Positions 41,344-50,327 of a stretch of DNA of 64,000 nt are shown one piece after another. Position numbers and translations under genes: made by a program. This DNA comes from Lachnospiraceae bacterium (lineage in GTDB: Bacteria; Bacillota; Clostridia; Lachnospirales; Lachnospiraceae). The stretch spans positions 38,800-102,799 of the forward strand of contig JAISSU010000008.1 in assembly GCA_031272985.1 (NCBI GenBank), written 5' to 3'. The first letter of the stretch is position 1, and every line of letters starts with the position of its first letter. Below the pieces are notes generated by a model. It was not told the DNA's origin and searched no databases. It saw nothing but the letters and a program-made list of their open reading frames with translations.

Positions 41344-42059
41344 CCACTATTTCTTTTCCGGAACTTAATACCCTGCTTACCTCCCGTGGGCGCGTCGTTG
41401 CTACTATGCCCCTTGATTTATCTAACCATCTTTTCAAAGATTTGGATTTATCAGGAATGGACTTATCCGACATTGATTTTTCTCAGTGTAATTTCGTAAA
41501 TGTCCGCTTTGATAATGCAAATTTAAGCAGATCGAATCTGTCTCATGTGATGTGCTCTGCGGATTGTTCTTTTAAGGGGGCAATTCTTAAAGATGCCGAT
41601 ATTTCCGCCTCTATTTTCAGGCACTGTGATTTTTCGAATTCGAATATGGAAGGAGCTAATCTTTTCCGCTCGGTTTTTGAGTTCGCAAATATGGACAATA
41701 TTAAGATTGACGATAATACAAAGTATTTTAAAATGCGATGTCCCGAAAAGGGCGCGTTCGTGGGTTATAAGAGGTGCTTTAATGACGCGGTGGTCATGCT
41801 CCTTATTCCTGCGGATGCGAAACGCTCCAGCGCCACTCATAATTCCTGCCGGTGCGATAAAGCAAAGGTATTACAGATTCAGAGTTTCGACGGAAAGGTA
41901 AACTTAAAAGAAGCATGGTCGGTGGTGGATGAAAATTTCGTTTACAGGGTAGGTGAATATGTAAGTGTCCCTGATTTTAATGAGGATCGCTGGAGGGACT
42001 CAACCACTGGGATTCATTTCTGGATGACAAGGGAAGAAGCTTATTCATATTTGAAGTAG
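41340..42059 (+). CDS. pentapeptide-repeat protein with a Cys/His-containing C-terminal domain of unknown function
   Basis: 239 aa. The N-terminal half consists of A(D/N)LxX-type pentapeptide repeats (LSGMDLSDIDFSQCNFVNVRFDNANLSRSNLSHV...). The C-terminal roughly 100 aa (CPEKG...KRC...HNSCRCDKAK...) are unrelated. Confidence 0.7.
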   Translation: MTTISFPELNTLLTSRGRVVATMPLDLSNHLFKDLDLSGMDLSDIDFSQCNFVNVRFDNANLSRSNLSHVMCSADCSFKGAILKDADISASIFRHCDFSNSNMEGANLFRSVFEFANMDNIKIDDNTKYFKMRCPEKGAFVGYKRCFNDAVVMLLIPADAKRSSATHNSCRCDKAKVLQIQSFDGKVNLKEAWSVVDENFVYRVGEYVSVPDFNEDRWRDSTTGIHFWMTREEAYSYLK

Positions 42060-42138
42060 ATATATTGTTTAAATCGGGGAGAGAGGATATAATTAAATAA
42101 AGTTTAACAAACATCAAAAACAACGAGGGGAGAGGGTT

Positions 42139-42630
42139 ATGAGCATTTTATCCGATTTGATTAATTGCATGATTGAATATGAGGGCAAAAACCCGCACAG
42201 GGTCGGGCATTTCCTAAAGGTCTACGGGTACGCAAAGACCATCGGGGAATTAGAAGGTCTGCCGCCCGAGACTCAGTTTATTCTTGAGACGGCGTCAATT
42301 GTGCATGATATAGGCATTAAGCAAAGCCTCTTAAAATACGGCTGCTCTATCGGATCGTATCAGGAAAAAGAAGGGGTAGTTCCGGCAAAAGAAATGTTAA
42401 AATCCTTAAAATTTGCTGATGATGTGATTGAGAGGGTCTGCTTTTTGATAGCTCACCATCATACTTATTCAAAGGTGGACGGGCTTGATTATCAAATCCT
42501 TCTCGAGGCGGATTTTCTCGTAAATATGCTGGAGGAGGAGATGTCGCAGGAAGCGATTTTATCGGCATTTATTAAGATTTTCAAGACTGAGGCAGGAAAG
42601 AGATTCTGTAAACAATTATACCTTTCGTAA
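42139..42630 (+). CDS. HD-domain phosphohydrolase
   Basis: 163 aa with an H...HD...H...HHH...D motif set (VGHFLKV, VHDIGI, LIAHHHTY, EADFL). Confidence 0.7.
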   Translation: MSILSDLINCMIEYEGKNPHRVGHFLKVYGYAKTIGELEGLPPETQFILETASIVHDIGIKQSLLKYGCSIGSYQEKEGVVPAKEMLKSLKFADDVIERVCFLIAHHHTYSKVDGLDYQILLEADFLVNMLEEEMSQEAILSAFIKIFKTEAGKRFCKQLYLS

Positions 42631-42650
42631 AGTGCTGTTTAATTAATTAG

Positions 42651-42687
42651 AAAAAACAAACCGCGGTCTGTATTAGCACCGCGGTTT
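42651..42687. terminator. bidirectional rho-independent terminator
   Basis: AAACCGCGGT-CTGTATTAGC-ACCGCGGTTT: a 10-bp stem with an A-run on one side and a T-run on the other. Sits between the convergent HD gene (+) and anti-sigma gene (-). Confidence 0.75.
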
Positions 42688-42707
42688 CCATATGAATCAA
42701 GCAAGTA

Positions 42708-43646
42708 TTAGAGTGCCGAAAAGTCAAATGAATCAGCCATTATCTCTAAGTCCGCAGAAGTTATCGGCATTTCTCCTTCTAAAAATGTAATTTCAGTACC
42801 GGATAGTACATTTACCGACATGAAAGAATCGTCGAGGTTAGCCAATATGAGACCTTTGTCAGGTCCTAAGGCGAGACTTACCGTGACGCCGCTTTTTGTG
42901 GTGTATTCCCATTCCGAATAATTATCAAAATCGCCCACATTTAAGAATACGTCCGAAAAACTGCCCTTTTTATAGTTGGAGAACTGGAAGTCAACGATAT
43001 TACCTTCCGGCAGTACGCAGTATCCGTCTATATGAATTGAGCCGTCCTCATAGACGTAATTGCTCTGCATATAATTGGTATCCCCAAGGAAATCTCCCGT
43101 GCCTGCCTGCGCATATAAAGACTCCCTGTCCTGAAAATCGCCATACATTGCAGAATGGAGCTGCAAACCATATTTGGCGACGATTTCATCTAATTTATCA
43201 GCCATTTCCTGTGAATAAACCAAATAGCAACCGTATTTCTCCTCAAAACCCGTGGGATCGTTTCCCACCACCGAGAGTATGGCGCCATCGGTGTCATAAT
43301 TTTCCGTGAAGTTAAGCCACTCGGCAGCCGCCATATATTCGGCGCTGTCAGGGAAGCCCTGCAGTGAAATGATAGTCATTGGCGCGGTTTCATATGTTTC
43401 GCCTGTGCTTTCGTCTGTAATTGCTTCCGACTCTGTCTTAAGTAAGAACAAATCCCTAAGTCCAAATAGATTTGTAGCATACGCGGTCACCGTACTTCCG
43501 GCGAAAAGTATAGCTGCTACCGCAATAATAGCGGCGCTTTTGCTTAATTTATGTTTATGCTTCATCGTCTTAAAATCCTCCTCGTTAATGGCTACAGTGC
43601 TGTGCAGCCTGGAAAATGTCTGTTTGTATTTGTCAAAATCATTCAT
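42708..43646 (-). CDS. membrane-anchored anti-sigma factor (DUF4179-like)
   Basis: 312 aa. N-terminal cytoplasmic segment, a single TM helix (AAIIAVAAILFAGSTV) and an extracytoplasmic domain. Overlaps the upstream ECF sigma gene by 4 nt. Confidence 0.55.
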   Translation of the reverse strand: MNDFDKYKQTFSRLHSTVAINEEDFKTMKHKHKLSKSAAIIAVAAILFAGSTVTAYATNLFGLRDLFLLKTESEAITDESTGETYETAPMTIISLQGFPDSAEYMAAAEWLNFTENYDTDGAILSVVGNDPTGFEEKYGCYLVYSQEMADKLDEIVAKYGLQLHSAMYGDFQDRESLYAQAGTGDFLGDTNYMQSNYVYEDGSIHIDGYCVLPEGNIVDFQFSNYKKGSFSDVFLNVGDFDNYSEWEYTTKSGVTVSLALGPDKGLILANLDDSFMSVNVLSGTEITFLEGEMPITSADLEIMADSFDFSAL

Positions 43647-44185
43647 ATTGATTTGCGCACCACCGGTGAAATATCGTGCGCTCCTCCTTCCTTATAGCAA
43701 ACCCGGTTATCGCCCGTTATAGCTTCCTTTAATAGCTTTCTTGCTCGCAAAAGCCTCGTTGTTATTGCCGAAGGCTTTACTTTAAGGAATGTGGCGATTT
43801 CTTTGACACTGAATTCCTCATAATAGTACAGGTAAAGCACCGTTCGATATTTTTCCGGCAATCTCATAACATCTGACAATAAGGATTCTTCTTCGGGGTT
43901 GTTAAAAACCGCTGTTTCCGGCAATTCTTCCATATCAAATCGCTTTTTATGCCATGGAAGCCGCAAGGTGTTTTTACAGACATTGATGCTTATTCGTATC
44001 AGCCAGTTTCTTAGGTGCTCTTCGGACAGAAATTCTTTTTTGCAGGTATAAAGCTTTAAAAGCACATCCTGTAAAGCGTCTTCGGCATCATAAGTATTTC
44101 CGAAATAATTGAACGCAATTCTGAAAATCGTATCCTTATATTTGACTGCTGATTTTAGAAACAACCCTTGCTCCAATGCCGTCAT
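43643..44185 (-). CDS. ECF-type RNA polymerase sigma-70 family factor
   Basis: 180 aa. Region 2 (DALQDVLLKLY...NWLIRISIN) and region 4 HTH (EFSVKEIATFLKVKPSAITTRLLRARKLL). Confidence 0.85.
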   Translation of the reverse strand: MTALEQGLFLKSAVKYKDTIFRIAFNYFGNTYDAEDALQDVLLKLYTCKKEFLSEEHLRNWLIRISINVCKNTLRLPWHKKRFDMEELPETAVFNNPEEESLLSDVMRLPEKYRTVLYLYYYEEFSVKEIATFLKVKPSAITTRLLRARKLLKEAITGDNRVCYKEGGAHDISPVVRKSI

Positions 44186-44311
44186 TCCTCCTGCTCATTT
44201 TGAAAGCTTTCACTCATAATACACATTAGGAAGCCAAAATGTCACATAATCCCATAAAAATTTTTATTATTGTTATTGACAAGCGAAATATAAGCTGTTA
44301 TTCTTTGTATG

Positions 44312-44327
44312 GTTAGCGATGACTAAC
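44312..44327. promoter_or_regulatory. 16-bp palindrome GTTAGCGATGACTAAC between a predicted promoter (TTGACA 44276-44281, TATTCT 44299-44304) and the feoA start
   Basis: Inverted repeat GTTAG..CTAAC. Nearly identical to the palindrome at 39762-39777. Confidence 0.45.
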
Positions 44328-44345
44328 TTGTTGACGGAGGAGTAT

Positions 44346-44558
44346 ATGATGCCTTTGACTTTTGCGAATGTCGGTGAGAAAAATTCCATAAAGAAAATCG
44401 GAGGCAAAGAGGACTCCAGGCAATTCCTCGAGAACTTGGGTTTTGTACCCGGTACGCCGGTTACAGTCATTACACAAATCGCAGGAAATGTTATCGTTAA
44501 TATTAAGGAATCACGCGTGGCGATCAGCCGCGAAATGGCCAGCAAGATAATGATTTAA
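44346..44558 (+). CDS. feoA: ferrous iron transport protein A (copy 1)
   Basis: Track ORF 44319..44558. The preferred start MMPLTF at 44346 follows GGAGG. SH3-like FeoA fold (...GFVPGTPVTVI...). Confidence 0.8.
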   Translation: MMPLTFANVGEKNSIKKIGGKEDSRQFLENLGFVPGTPVTVITQIAGNVIVNIKESRVAISREMASKIMI

Positions 44559-44593
44559 GGTTAATGAAAGCCAGTTAATACGAACATTGTAGC

Positions 44594-44690
44594 TTTAGTA
44601 GTGTAGGGCGTCGGGGTGTCCCCTGACCTTTAGTAGCGGAGACCGGATTCATTTCGGTCGGAGCGTGGGGTGTCGGGGGTGTCCCCTGAC
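44594..44690. repeat. palindromic interspersed repeat (family copy C)
   Basis: CTTTAGTAGTGTAGGGCGTCGGGGTGTCCCCTGAC, then the CTTTAGTAGCGGAGACCGGATTCATTTCGGTCGGAGCGTGGGG spacer module, then GTCGGGGGTGTCCCCTGAC. Same modules as 27262-27406, with a few substitutions. Confidence 0.88.
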
Positions 44691-44713
44691 CTTAAAAGAA
44701 TGAAGGGGTTATT

Positions 44714-44935
44714 ATGCGTACTTTAAAAGAGGCAAAGCCCGGCGAAAGCGTTTCGGTTTTGAAGATCGATGGTGTTGGTCCTGTAAAACGCCGGATTATG
44801 GAAATGGGAATCACAAAAGGCGTCGAGGTATTCGTGCGCAAGGTCGCACCTTTAGGCGATCCTGTGGAGGTGACTGTGCGCGGTTACGAGCTTTCACTTC
44901 GTAAAGCGGACGCCGAGTTAATCGAAGTGAATTAG
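44714..44935 (+). CDS. feoA: ferrous iron transport protein A (copy 2)
   Basis: 73 aa FeoA-domain (...MEMGITKGVEVFVRKVAPLGDPVEV...). Confidence 0.85.
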   Translation: MRTLKEAKPGESVSVLKIDGVGPVKRRIMEMGITKGVEVFVRKVAPLGDPVEVTVRGYELSLRKADAELIEVN

Positions 44936-45058
44936 AATTATCAGTTAATAAGACAAATTATGACGGAGGAATTGTTCTCCGCATTTTATTCCAAAGGTGT
45001 TAGCCATGGCTAACTTTATAAGGAATCGCCATATTACGTTTGGTAAGAGGAGGGAAAT

Positions 45059-47335
45059 ATGTCTATCACAATTGCACTTGCCGGAAATCCGAACAGCGGC
45101 AAAACTACACTTTTTAACGCTTTGACAGGGTCCAATCAATTCGTTGGGAACTGGCCTGGCGTGACCGTTGAAAAAAAAGAAGGCAAACTTAAAAATCATA
45201 AGGATGTTACAATTACGGATTTGCCCGGTATTTATTCGCTTTCACCTTACACTTTAGAGGAAGTGGTGGCGAGAAATTATCTGATTGATGAAAGGCCTGA
45301 TGCCATTCTTAATATTATTGACGGAACGAACCTTGAGAGAAATCTCTTTCTTTCAACCCAGTTAACGGAGCTTGGAATCCCTGTGGTCGTAGCTGTTAAT
45401 ATGATGGATGTCGTAAAGAAAAACGGTGATAAGATAGACTCAAGCCGCCTCTCAAAAGAGCTCGGATGTAAGGTCGTTGAGATCTCAGCCCTAAAAGGAA
45501 CGGGCGTTATGGAAGCTGCTATCGCAGCTGTAGAGAGCGCTTCCGGTGAGAAAACCATTCCACAGCATAGCTTTTCGGGTGGCGTGGAGCACGCGCTGGC
45601 GCACATAGAGGAGGCTGTTTTGCATGATTTGCCTGAAGAACAGCAGAGATTTTTTGCGATTAAGCTTTTTGAGCGTGATGAAAAAATCATTGAAAAATTG
45701 GGCTTAAGTAAGGAAAAGCTGGACCATATTGAGGGTGATATTAAAGCTTGTGAAAAGGAGCTTGATGACGACAGCGAGAGCATTATCACCGCTGAGCGAT
45801 ATACATACATTGATTCAATCATTAAATTCTGCGTAAAAATAAAGAATAAAGGAAAGCTTTCGACCTCAGATAAAATCGATAAGGTCGTTACAAACAGGTG
45901 GCTTGCTCTGCCGATTTTCGCGATTGTTATGTTTATCGTTTATTATGTGTCGGTCAGTACGGTGGGGTCTGTCGCTACCGACTGGGCGAATGATGGCGTA
46001 TTCGGTGACGGCTGGCATCTCTTTGGGATAGGAACGGCGGCTTATGAGGGCGCAGTTGAAGAATATGAAAAGATTGCCGAAAGCGCAGATGAGGCGGCAT
46101 TAGCCGAAATCAGCGAGCCTGATCCTGCCGATTACGGGGTCTGGGTGCCCGGTGTGCCTGTAGTTTTGGAAAATCTTCTTGATAAGGCAAATTGTGCGGA
46201 CTGGCTTAAAGGCCTAATTCTTGACGGAATCGTTGCCGGAGTCGGAGCGGTTTTGGGCTTTGTGCCCCAAATGCTGATATTATTTATATTCCTTGCATTC
46301 TTGGAGGCCTGCGGATATATGGCGAGGATTGCCTTTATTATGGATAGAATTTTCAGAAGGTTCGGGCTTTCTGGGAAATCATTTATCCCGATTTTAATAG
46401 GAACAGGATGCGGAGTCCCGGGAATTATGGCTTCCAGAACCATCGAAAGTGATAGAGACAGGAAAATGACAATTATGACGACCACGTTTATCCCTTGCGG
46501 GGCAAAACTCCCGATTATTGCGCTTATTGCGGGAGCAATGTTCGGCGGCGCATGGTGGGTAGCGCCTTCCGCGTATTTTGTAGGGATGGCTGCCATAGTT
46601 TGCTCAGGTATTATTCTAAAGAAAACGAAGCTGTTTTCGGGCGATGTGGCGCCTTTTGTAATGGAACTTCCGGCATATCATATGCCCACGCTCGTCAATA
46701 TATTGCGCAGCATGTGGGAACGCGGTTGGTCATTCATTAAGAAAGCCGGGACGATTATCCTGCTTGCTACAATATTCGTCTGGTTTGCTTCGAGCTTTGG
46801 CTGGGCGGATGGACATTTCGGCATGGTAGATATGCAGGAAAGCGTGCTCGCAAAGCTGGGATCGGCCATTGCATGGATATTCGCGCCTTTGGGCTGGGGT
46901 GACTGGAAGGCTGCGGTCGCCGCGATTACGGGACTAATCGCAAAGGAAAACGTGGTAGGGACCTTTGGTATATTATACAATTTCGCCGAAGTATCGGAAG
47001 ACGGTGTGGAAATATGGAGCAGTTTAGCCGCTGCGTTTACGGGACTTGCAGCGTATTCATTCCTCGTATTTAATCTTCTTTGTGCCCCGTGCTTTGCGGC
47101 CATGGGAGCAATAAAGCGCGAAATGAACAATGCGAAATGGTTTTGGATTGCCATTGGGTACCAGTGCGGATTTGCTTATATAGTAGCACTTTGCATATAT
47201 CAGTTTGGAGTGCTTTTTACAGGCGGAAGTTTCGGTATCGGAGCGATTGTAGCGATATTGATAACAGTGGGATTCTTTTACCTGCTGTTTAGGCCGGACA
47301 GGCAGAAAGCCGCACTTAAATTAAAGAAAGCTTAA
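45059..47335 (+). CDS. feoB: ferrous iron transport protein B
   Basis: 758 aa. N-terminal G domain (GNPNSGKTTLFNALTG) and a polytopic membrane domain with conserved Gate motifs. Confidence 0.95.
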   Translation: MSITIALAGNPNSGKTTLFNALTGSNQFVGNWPGVTVEKKEGKLKNHKDVTITDLPGIYSLSPYTLEEVVARNYLIDERPDAILNIIDGTNLERNLFLSTQLTELGIPVVVAVNMMDVVKKNGDKIDSSRLSKELGCKVVEISALKGTGVMEAAIAAVESASGEKTIPQHSFSGGVEHALAHIEEAVLHDLPEEQQRFFAIKLFERDEKIIEKLGLSKEKLDHIEGDIKACEKELDDDSESIITAERYTYIDSIIKFCVKIKNKGKLSTSDKIDKVVTNRWLALPIFAIVMFIVYYVSVSTVGSVATDWANDGVFGDGWHLFGIGTAAYEGAVEEYEKIAESADEAALAEISEPDPADYGVWVPGVPVVLENLLDKANCADWLKGLILDGIVAGVGAVLGFVPQMLILFIFLAFLEACGYMARIAFIMDRIFRRFGLSGKSFIPILIGTGCGVPGIMASRTIESDRDRKMTIMTTTFIPCGAKLPIIALIAGAMFGGAWWVAPSAYFVGMAAIVCSGIILKKTKLFSGDVAPFVMELPAYHMPTLVNILRSMWERGWSFIKKAGTIILLATIFVWFASSFGWADGHFGMVDMQESVLAKLGSAIAWIFAPLGWGDWKAAVAAITGLIAKENVVGTFGILYNFAEVSEDGVEIWSSLAAAFTGLAAYSFLVFNLLCAPCFAAMGAIKREMNNAKWFWIAIGYQCGFAYIVALCIYQFGVLFTGGSFGIGAIVAILITVGFFYLLFRPDRQKAALKLKKA

Positions 47336-47418
47336 GCCTTTGAACTACTTCAAATGCAGAATGATATTAGAAGCGTAGTTAGGGGAGCTCCCTGAATTAT
47401 AAAAGGCAGGTGTTAAGA

Positions 47419-47589
47419 ATGATATCCGGAATAATTGCAAATATAGGAACAATAATAATCGGACTAATCTTGCTCACAGTGGTAGCTCTAATCATAGCAA
47501 AAATAGTTCGAGATAAGAAAAAAGGAAAAAGTGTCGGCTGCGGATGCGGGTGCGCGGATTGCCCGAGTGCCACTGACTGCGGGAAATGA
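47419..47589 (+). CDS. FeoB-associated Cys-rich membrane micro-protein
   Basis: 56-aa ORF MISGIIANIGTIIIGLILLTVVALIIAKIVRDKKKGKSVGCGCGCADCPSATDCGK: one TM helix followed by a CGCGCxDC cluster. Missed by the ORF track (below 60 aa); the track instead lists a spurious antisense ORF 47397..47612. Confidence 0.7.
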   Translation: MISGIIANIGTIIIGLILLTVVALIIAKIVRDKKKGKSVGCGCGCADCPSATDCGK

Positions 47590-47726
47590 CACATTAGAAA
47601 TGACATTATCAACGAGTTCTTGCCAAGCTCGGTTTAGATATTTTAGCATTACTCTCTTCTTCTCTTGGGCGCGAAGGAGCGCAAAGAAAACAGTTGCGTA
47701 AATACGTTCCTCGCGCTACGAAAATG

Positions 47727-47757
47727 GACACACAAAGATGTGTCTGTTTTCGATTTT
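47727..47757. terminator. rho-independent terminator of the feo operon
   Basis: GACACA-CAAAGA-TGTGTC hairpin followed by TGTTTTCGATTTT. Confidence 0.6.
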
Positions 47758-47798
47758 ATGGATGTTTATAGCTTCGGCATAAATGAAAAGATTTCCTT

Positions 47799-49151
47799 CT
47801 ACACTAGGGGTGTCATATACAGCGGAAGATATGTGATCCCGTCTTCTTCTTTATAATCTCCGCTATGCAGTACATAGGGGATATTCGTCTGTGACCTGTA
47901 CTTTTTCATGAATTTCTTAAGTGAGGTTAGCGTGTAATTTTTCCCGGATTTTACCTCTATCGGAGAGATGTTATGGCGGGTGCTGATCTTGCTTTTTGCT
48001 ATAAGAAAGTCTATTTCCATACGGGAGTCGCTGTCGTTTGATGATGGGTTTGAATAAAAATAAAGCTTATGACCGCTTGCGGTGAGCATTTGTGCGACGA
48101 TGTTTTCAACAAGCATTCCCTTATTGACTTCGAGCTTATCAAATAAGAGTTTTTTATAGAGTTCTTCACTCACAATGCCATTCTCATCAAAAGCGTGACT
48201 TATCAGCAGTCCCGTATCTCCCATATAACATTTAAGAGTGTGGCGGGTAGCATTTAGCTTTAGACCAATGTCGGGGGAGGTGGAATTATAGCAAATATTA
48301 GTAATCATTGCATCATTCAGCCAGAATAATGAGTCTTCATAATCGCGGAAGCGGGCGTCCTTTTTCAATGAATTTAGCTTGAATTTTTTTTCGTGTTTAT
48401 TTAATTGAGAGGGAATTTCATCAAAGATGCTCTCTACTTTCAGCTCGTAACCGGAGGCATGTTTAGTGATATCCGCCCTATATAAGGTCAGAATATCACG
48501 TTTGATTTTGTCGACTTTATTAAAGTCGCGGGTCTCTACATATTCATAAACTGCCTGAGGCATACCGCCTACGATTAAGTATTGCCTGAAATAATCCATA
48601 GCCTTGCGGTGCAGAGCCTGCCCTGCCGGTGTTTTTAACTCGAAGAGTTTCTTAAGAACATCCATCAGGGTTTCATTTCCTATTGCCCACAGAAATTCTT
48701 CAAAATCGAGGGGATACATTTTCAGATGCCGCTCTTCAGAAGGGATTACAATATCCTGAACATTGCGTTTTATGGACATAAGCGACCCTGTTTCAATATA
48801 GTCGTACCTGCCGTCTGCGACGAGGTATTTAATGGCCGCCCTCGCTTTAGGGAATAATTGAACTTCGTCAAATATTATCAAAGACTCCCGCACATGTAGT
48901 TCAACATTATAGTAGCCTGATAAAAAAACGAACAGGGTATCCAGATCATCCAAAGACCTGTTGAATAAATCTTTTATATCATCGCTGATGCGATTGAAAT
49001 CAATCAGGATATAAGACTTATAATGTGTACGGGCAAATTCTTCTACGATATAGCTCTTTCCGACTCGGCGCGCACCGTCAATCAACAGGGCTGTTTTCCC
49101 CGCTCCGTCTTTTTTCCATTCAGCTAATTCCGCAAGGATTTTTCTCTTCAT
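47799..49151 (-). CDS. AAA+ ATPase, DUF4143 family (COG1373)
   Basis: 450 aa. Walker A GARRVGKSY; an AAA_14 domain plus a C-terminal DUF4143. Confidence 0.8.
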   Translation of the reverse strand: MKRKILAELAEWKKDGAGKTALLIDGARRVGKSYIVEEFARTHYKSYILIDFNRISDDIKDLFNRSLDDLDTLFVFLSGYYNVELHVRESLIIFDEVQLFPKARAAIKYLVADGRYDYIETGSLMSIKRNVQDIVIPSEERHLKMYPLDFEEFLWAIGNETLMDVLKKLFELKTPAGQALHRKAMDYFRQYLIVGGMPQAVYEYVETRDFNKVDKIKRDILTLYRADITKHASGYELKVESIFDEIPSQLNKHEKKFKLNSLKKDARFRDYEDSLFWLNDAMITNICYNSTSPDIGLKLNATRHTLKCYMGDTGLLISHAFDENGIVSEELYKKLLFDKLEVNKGMLVENIVAQMLTASGHKLYFYSNPSSNDSDSRMEIDFLIAKSKISTRHNISPIEVKSGKNYTLTSLKKFMKKYRSQTNIPYVLHSGDYKEEDGITYLPLYMTPLV

Positions 49152-49316
49152 TTTGGTCCCTCTAAAAATGCATAAATAAACATAATCACGAAATCAAGGT
49201 TTTCCTAAGTAGATTATTGCACGTTATTAAGATTTTTGCAATCTAAATTTTACACGAAATTGAGATTTTTATAAGTTGAATATCACACGTTATCGAGATT
49301 TTTGTATTGCTGATAT

Positions 49317-50018
49317 TTAATCAATCCAAACCAGCTCGTAGTTTTCATTTATCTCAGATACGGACCCGAGTATCGTTTTTAGCTGTGTTTTGGCGTTTTC
49401 GCGGGCGGTCGTAGCCATTTCGTCTTTTAGGATGTCGGTGTTATACTGTTCCTGGCGCCTGGCAGCCTCCTCGAAGTAGACGCTGTAGTCCACTGACTTT
49501 TTGGTAAACACACCCGTATCTACGAGTACCTCAAATGAATCCATTGGAGTTTCGGAGGAGATTATTATTGCCTGAGGTAGCTTTATTTCGACTTTCGTTT
49601 TTCCGCCTTCAATTTCCGGAGGATACTCCGTGAATTCAATGTCGCCGCAGTCTATGCCAAGTTTTATTATGCCGTCATATTGAATGACTAAGATATACTT
49701 CCCTGGGTCTATATCCCAGAGTCCAAAGAGTTTGAATTCTTCTTCCTGAGTTATTGAAATCAAATCCTTATAACGGTATTCCAACGTGGCGAGCTGTGAA
49801 ATCTCCTTAATGCTTTGCGGCGTCATGCCACCGCCGATTTCTGTGGTGGTCTTGGAGTGCGTAAAGAAAATGCCCGCGAAAACAATAGCGACTACGAGAA
49901 TCAAAAGCACCAAAACAAGTGTGATTTGAAACTTCCCTATAGCAGACTTTACACCCTTGGTCTTTTCTTTCGGCGTCTGTTTTTTCTCAGTTGCAGAGTC
50001 GTCTTTTGTACCTTCCAT
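49317..50018 (-). CDS. DUF4230-like membrane-anchored protein
   Basis: Track ORF to 50066. The preferred start MEGTKDD at 50018 follows AGAGGGGGA. One N-terminal TM helix and a beta-rich extracytoplasmic domain. Confidence 0.5.
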   Translation of the reverse strand: MEGTKDDSATEKKQTPKEKTKGVKSAIGKFQITLVLVLLILVVAIVFAGIFFTHSKTTTEIGGGMTPQSIKEISQLATLEYRYKDLISITQEEEFKLFGLWDIDPGKYILVIQYDGIIKLGIDCGDIEFTEYPPEIEGGKTKVEIKLPQAIIISSETPMDSFEVLVDTGVFTKKSVDYSVYFEEAARRQEQYNTDILKDEMATTARENAKTQLKTILGSVSEINENYELVWID

Positions 50019-50051
50019 TTCGAGTCCCCCTCTTAAAGTCGTAATGTTCTG

Positions 50052-50150
50052 ATTATGAGAATACAACCGTAACCAAAATCACGATAACGACGATAGCTAT
50101 AACTGTCAGAATACCGAAAATGATGCGCCTTTTCTTGTGATGTTTCTTCA
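50052..50150 (-). CDS. small membrane peptide (32 aa)
   Basis: MKKHHKKRRIIFGILTVIAIVVIVILVTVVFS: a basic N-terminus followed by one TM helix. Sits immediately upstream of the DUF4230 gene. Confidence 0.3.
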
Positions 50151-50219
50151 TTGTGTGGTCCCCCTCGGAAATACACTAAAAACCTGATTGAAAGTGCTAT
50201 ATTTAATTGTCAGCAGAAA

Positions 50220-50293
50220 CGTCCATAAGAGGATTCGAACCTCCGGCCTGTCGCTTAGGAGGCGACCGCTCTATCCTGCTGAGCTATATGGAC
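50220..50293 (-). tRNA. tRNA-Arg (anticodon CCT)
   Basis: 74-nt cloverleaf on the minus strand. 7-bp acceptor stem (GTCCATA/TATGGAC), D-arm GCTC..GAGC, anticodon stem GTCGC/GCGAC with loop CTCCTAA, T-arm GGAGG-TTCGAAT-CCTCT. CCA is not encoded. Confidence 0.9.
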
Positions 50294-50327
50294 GTACAAA
50301 ATGTACTTCTTTGGTACGTCCGTTACT

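Noticed and set aside
44276-44330. A Fur box at the feoA promoter
   Set aside because: The AT-rich stretch near the -35 (TTATTATTGTTATTGAC) only loosely resembles GATAATGATAATCATTATC. The clear palindrome present (GTTAGCGATGACTAAC) is not Fur-like, so no Fur site is called.
47397-47612. Track ORF on the minus strand (71 aa) downstream of feoB
   Set aside because: The opposite strand encodes a much more plausible 56-aa TM plus Cys-cluster FeoB-associated peptide with proper spacing after feoB. The minus-strand ORF is its shadow.
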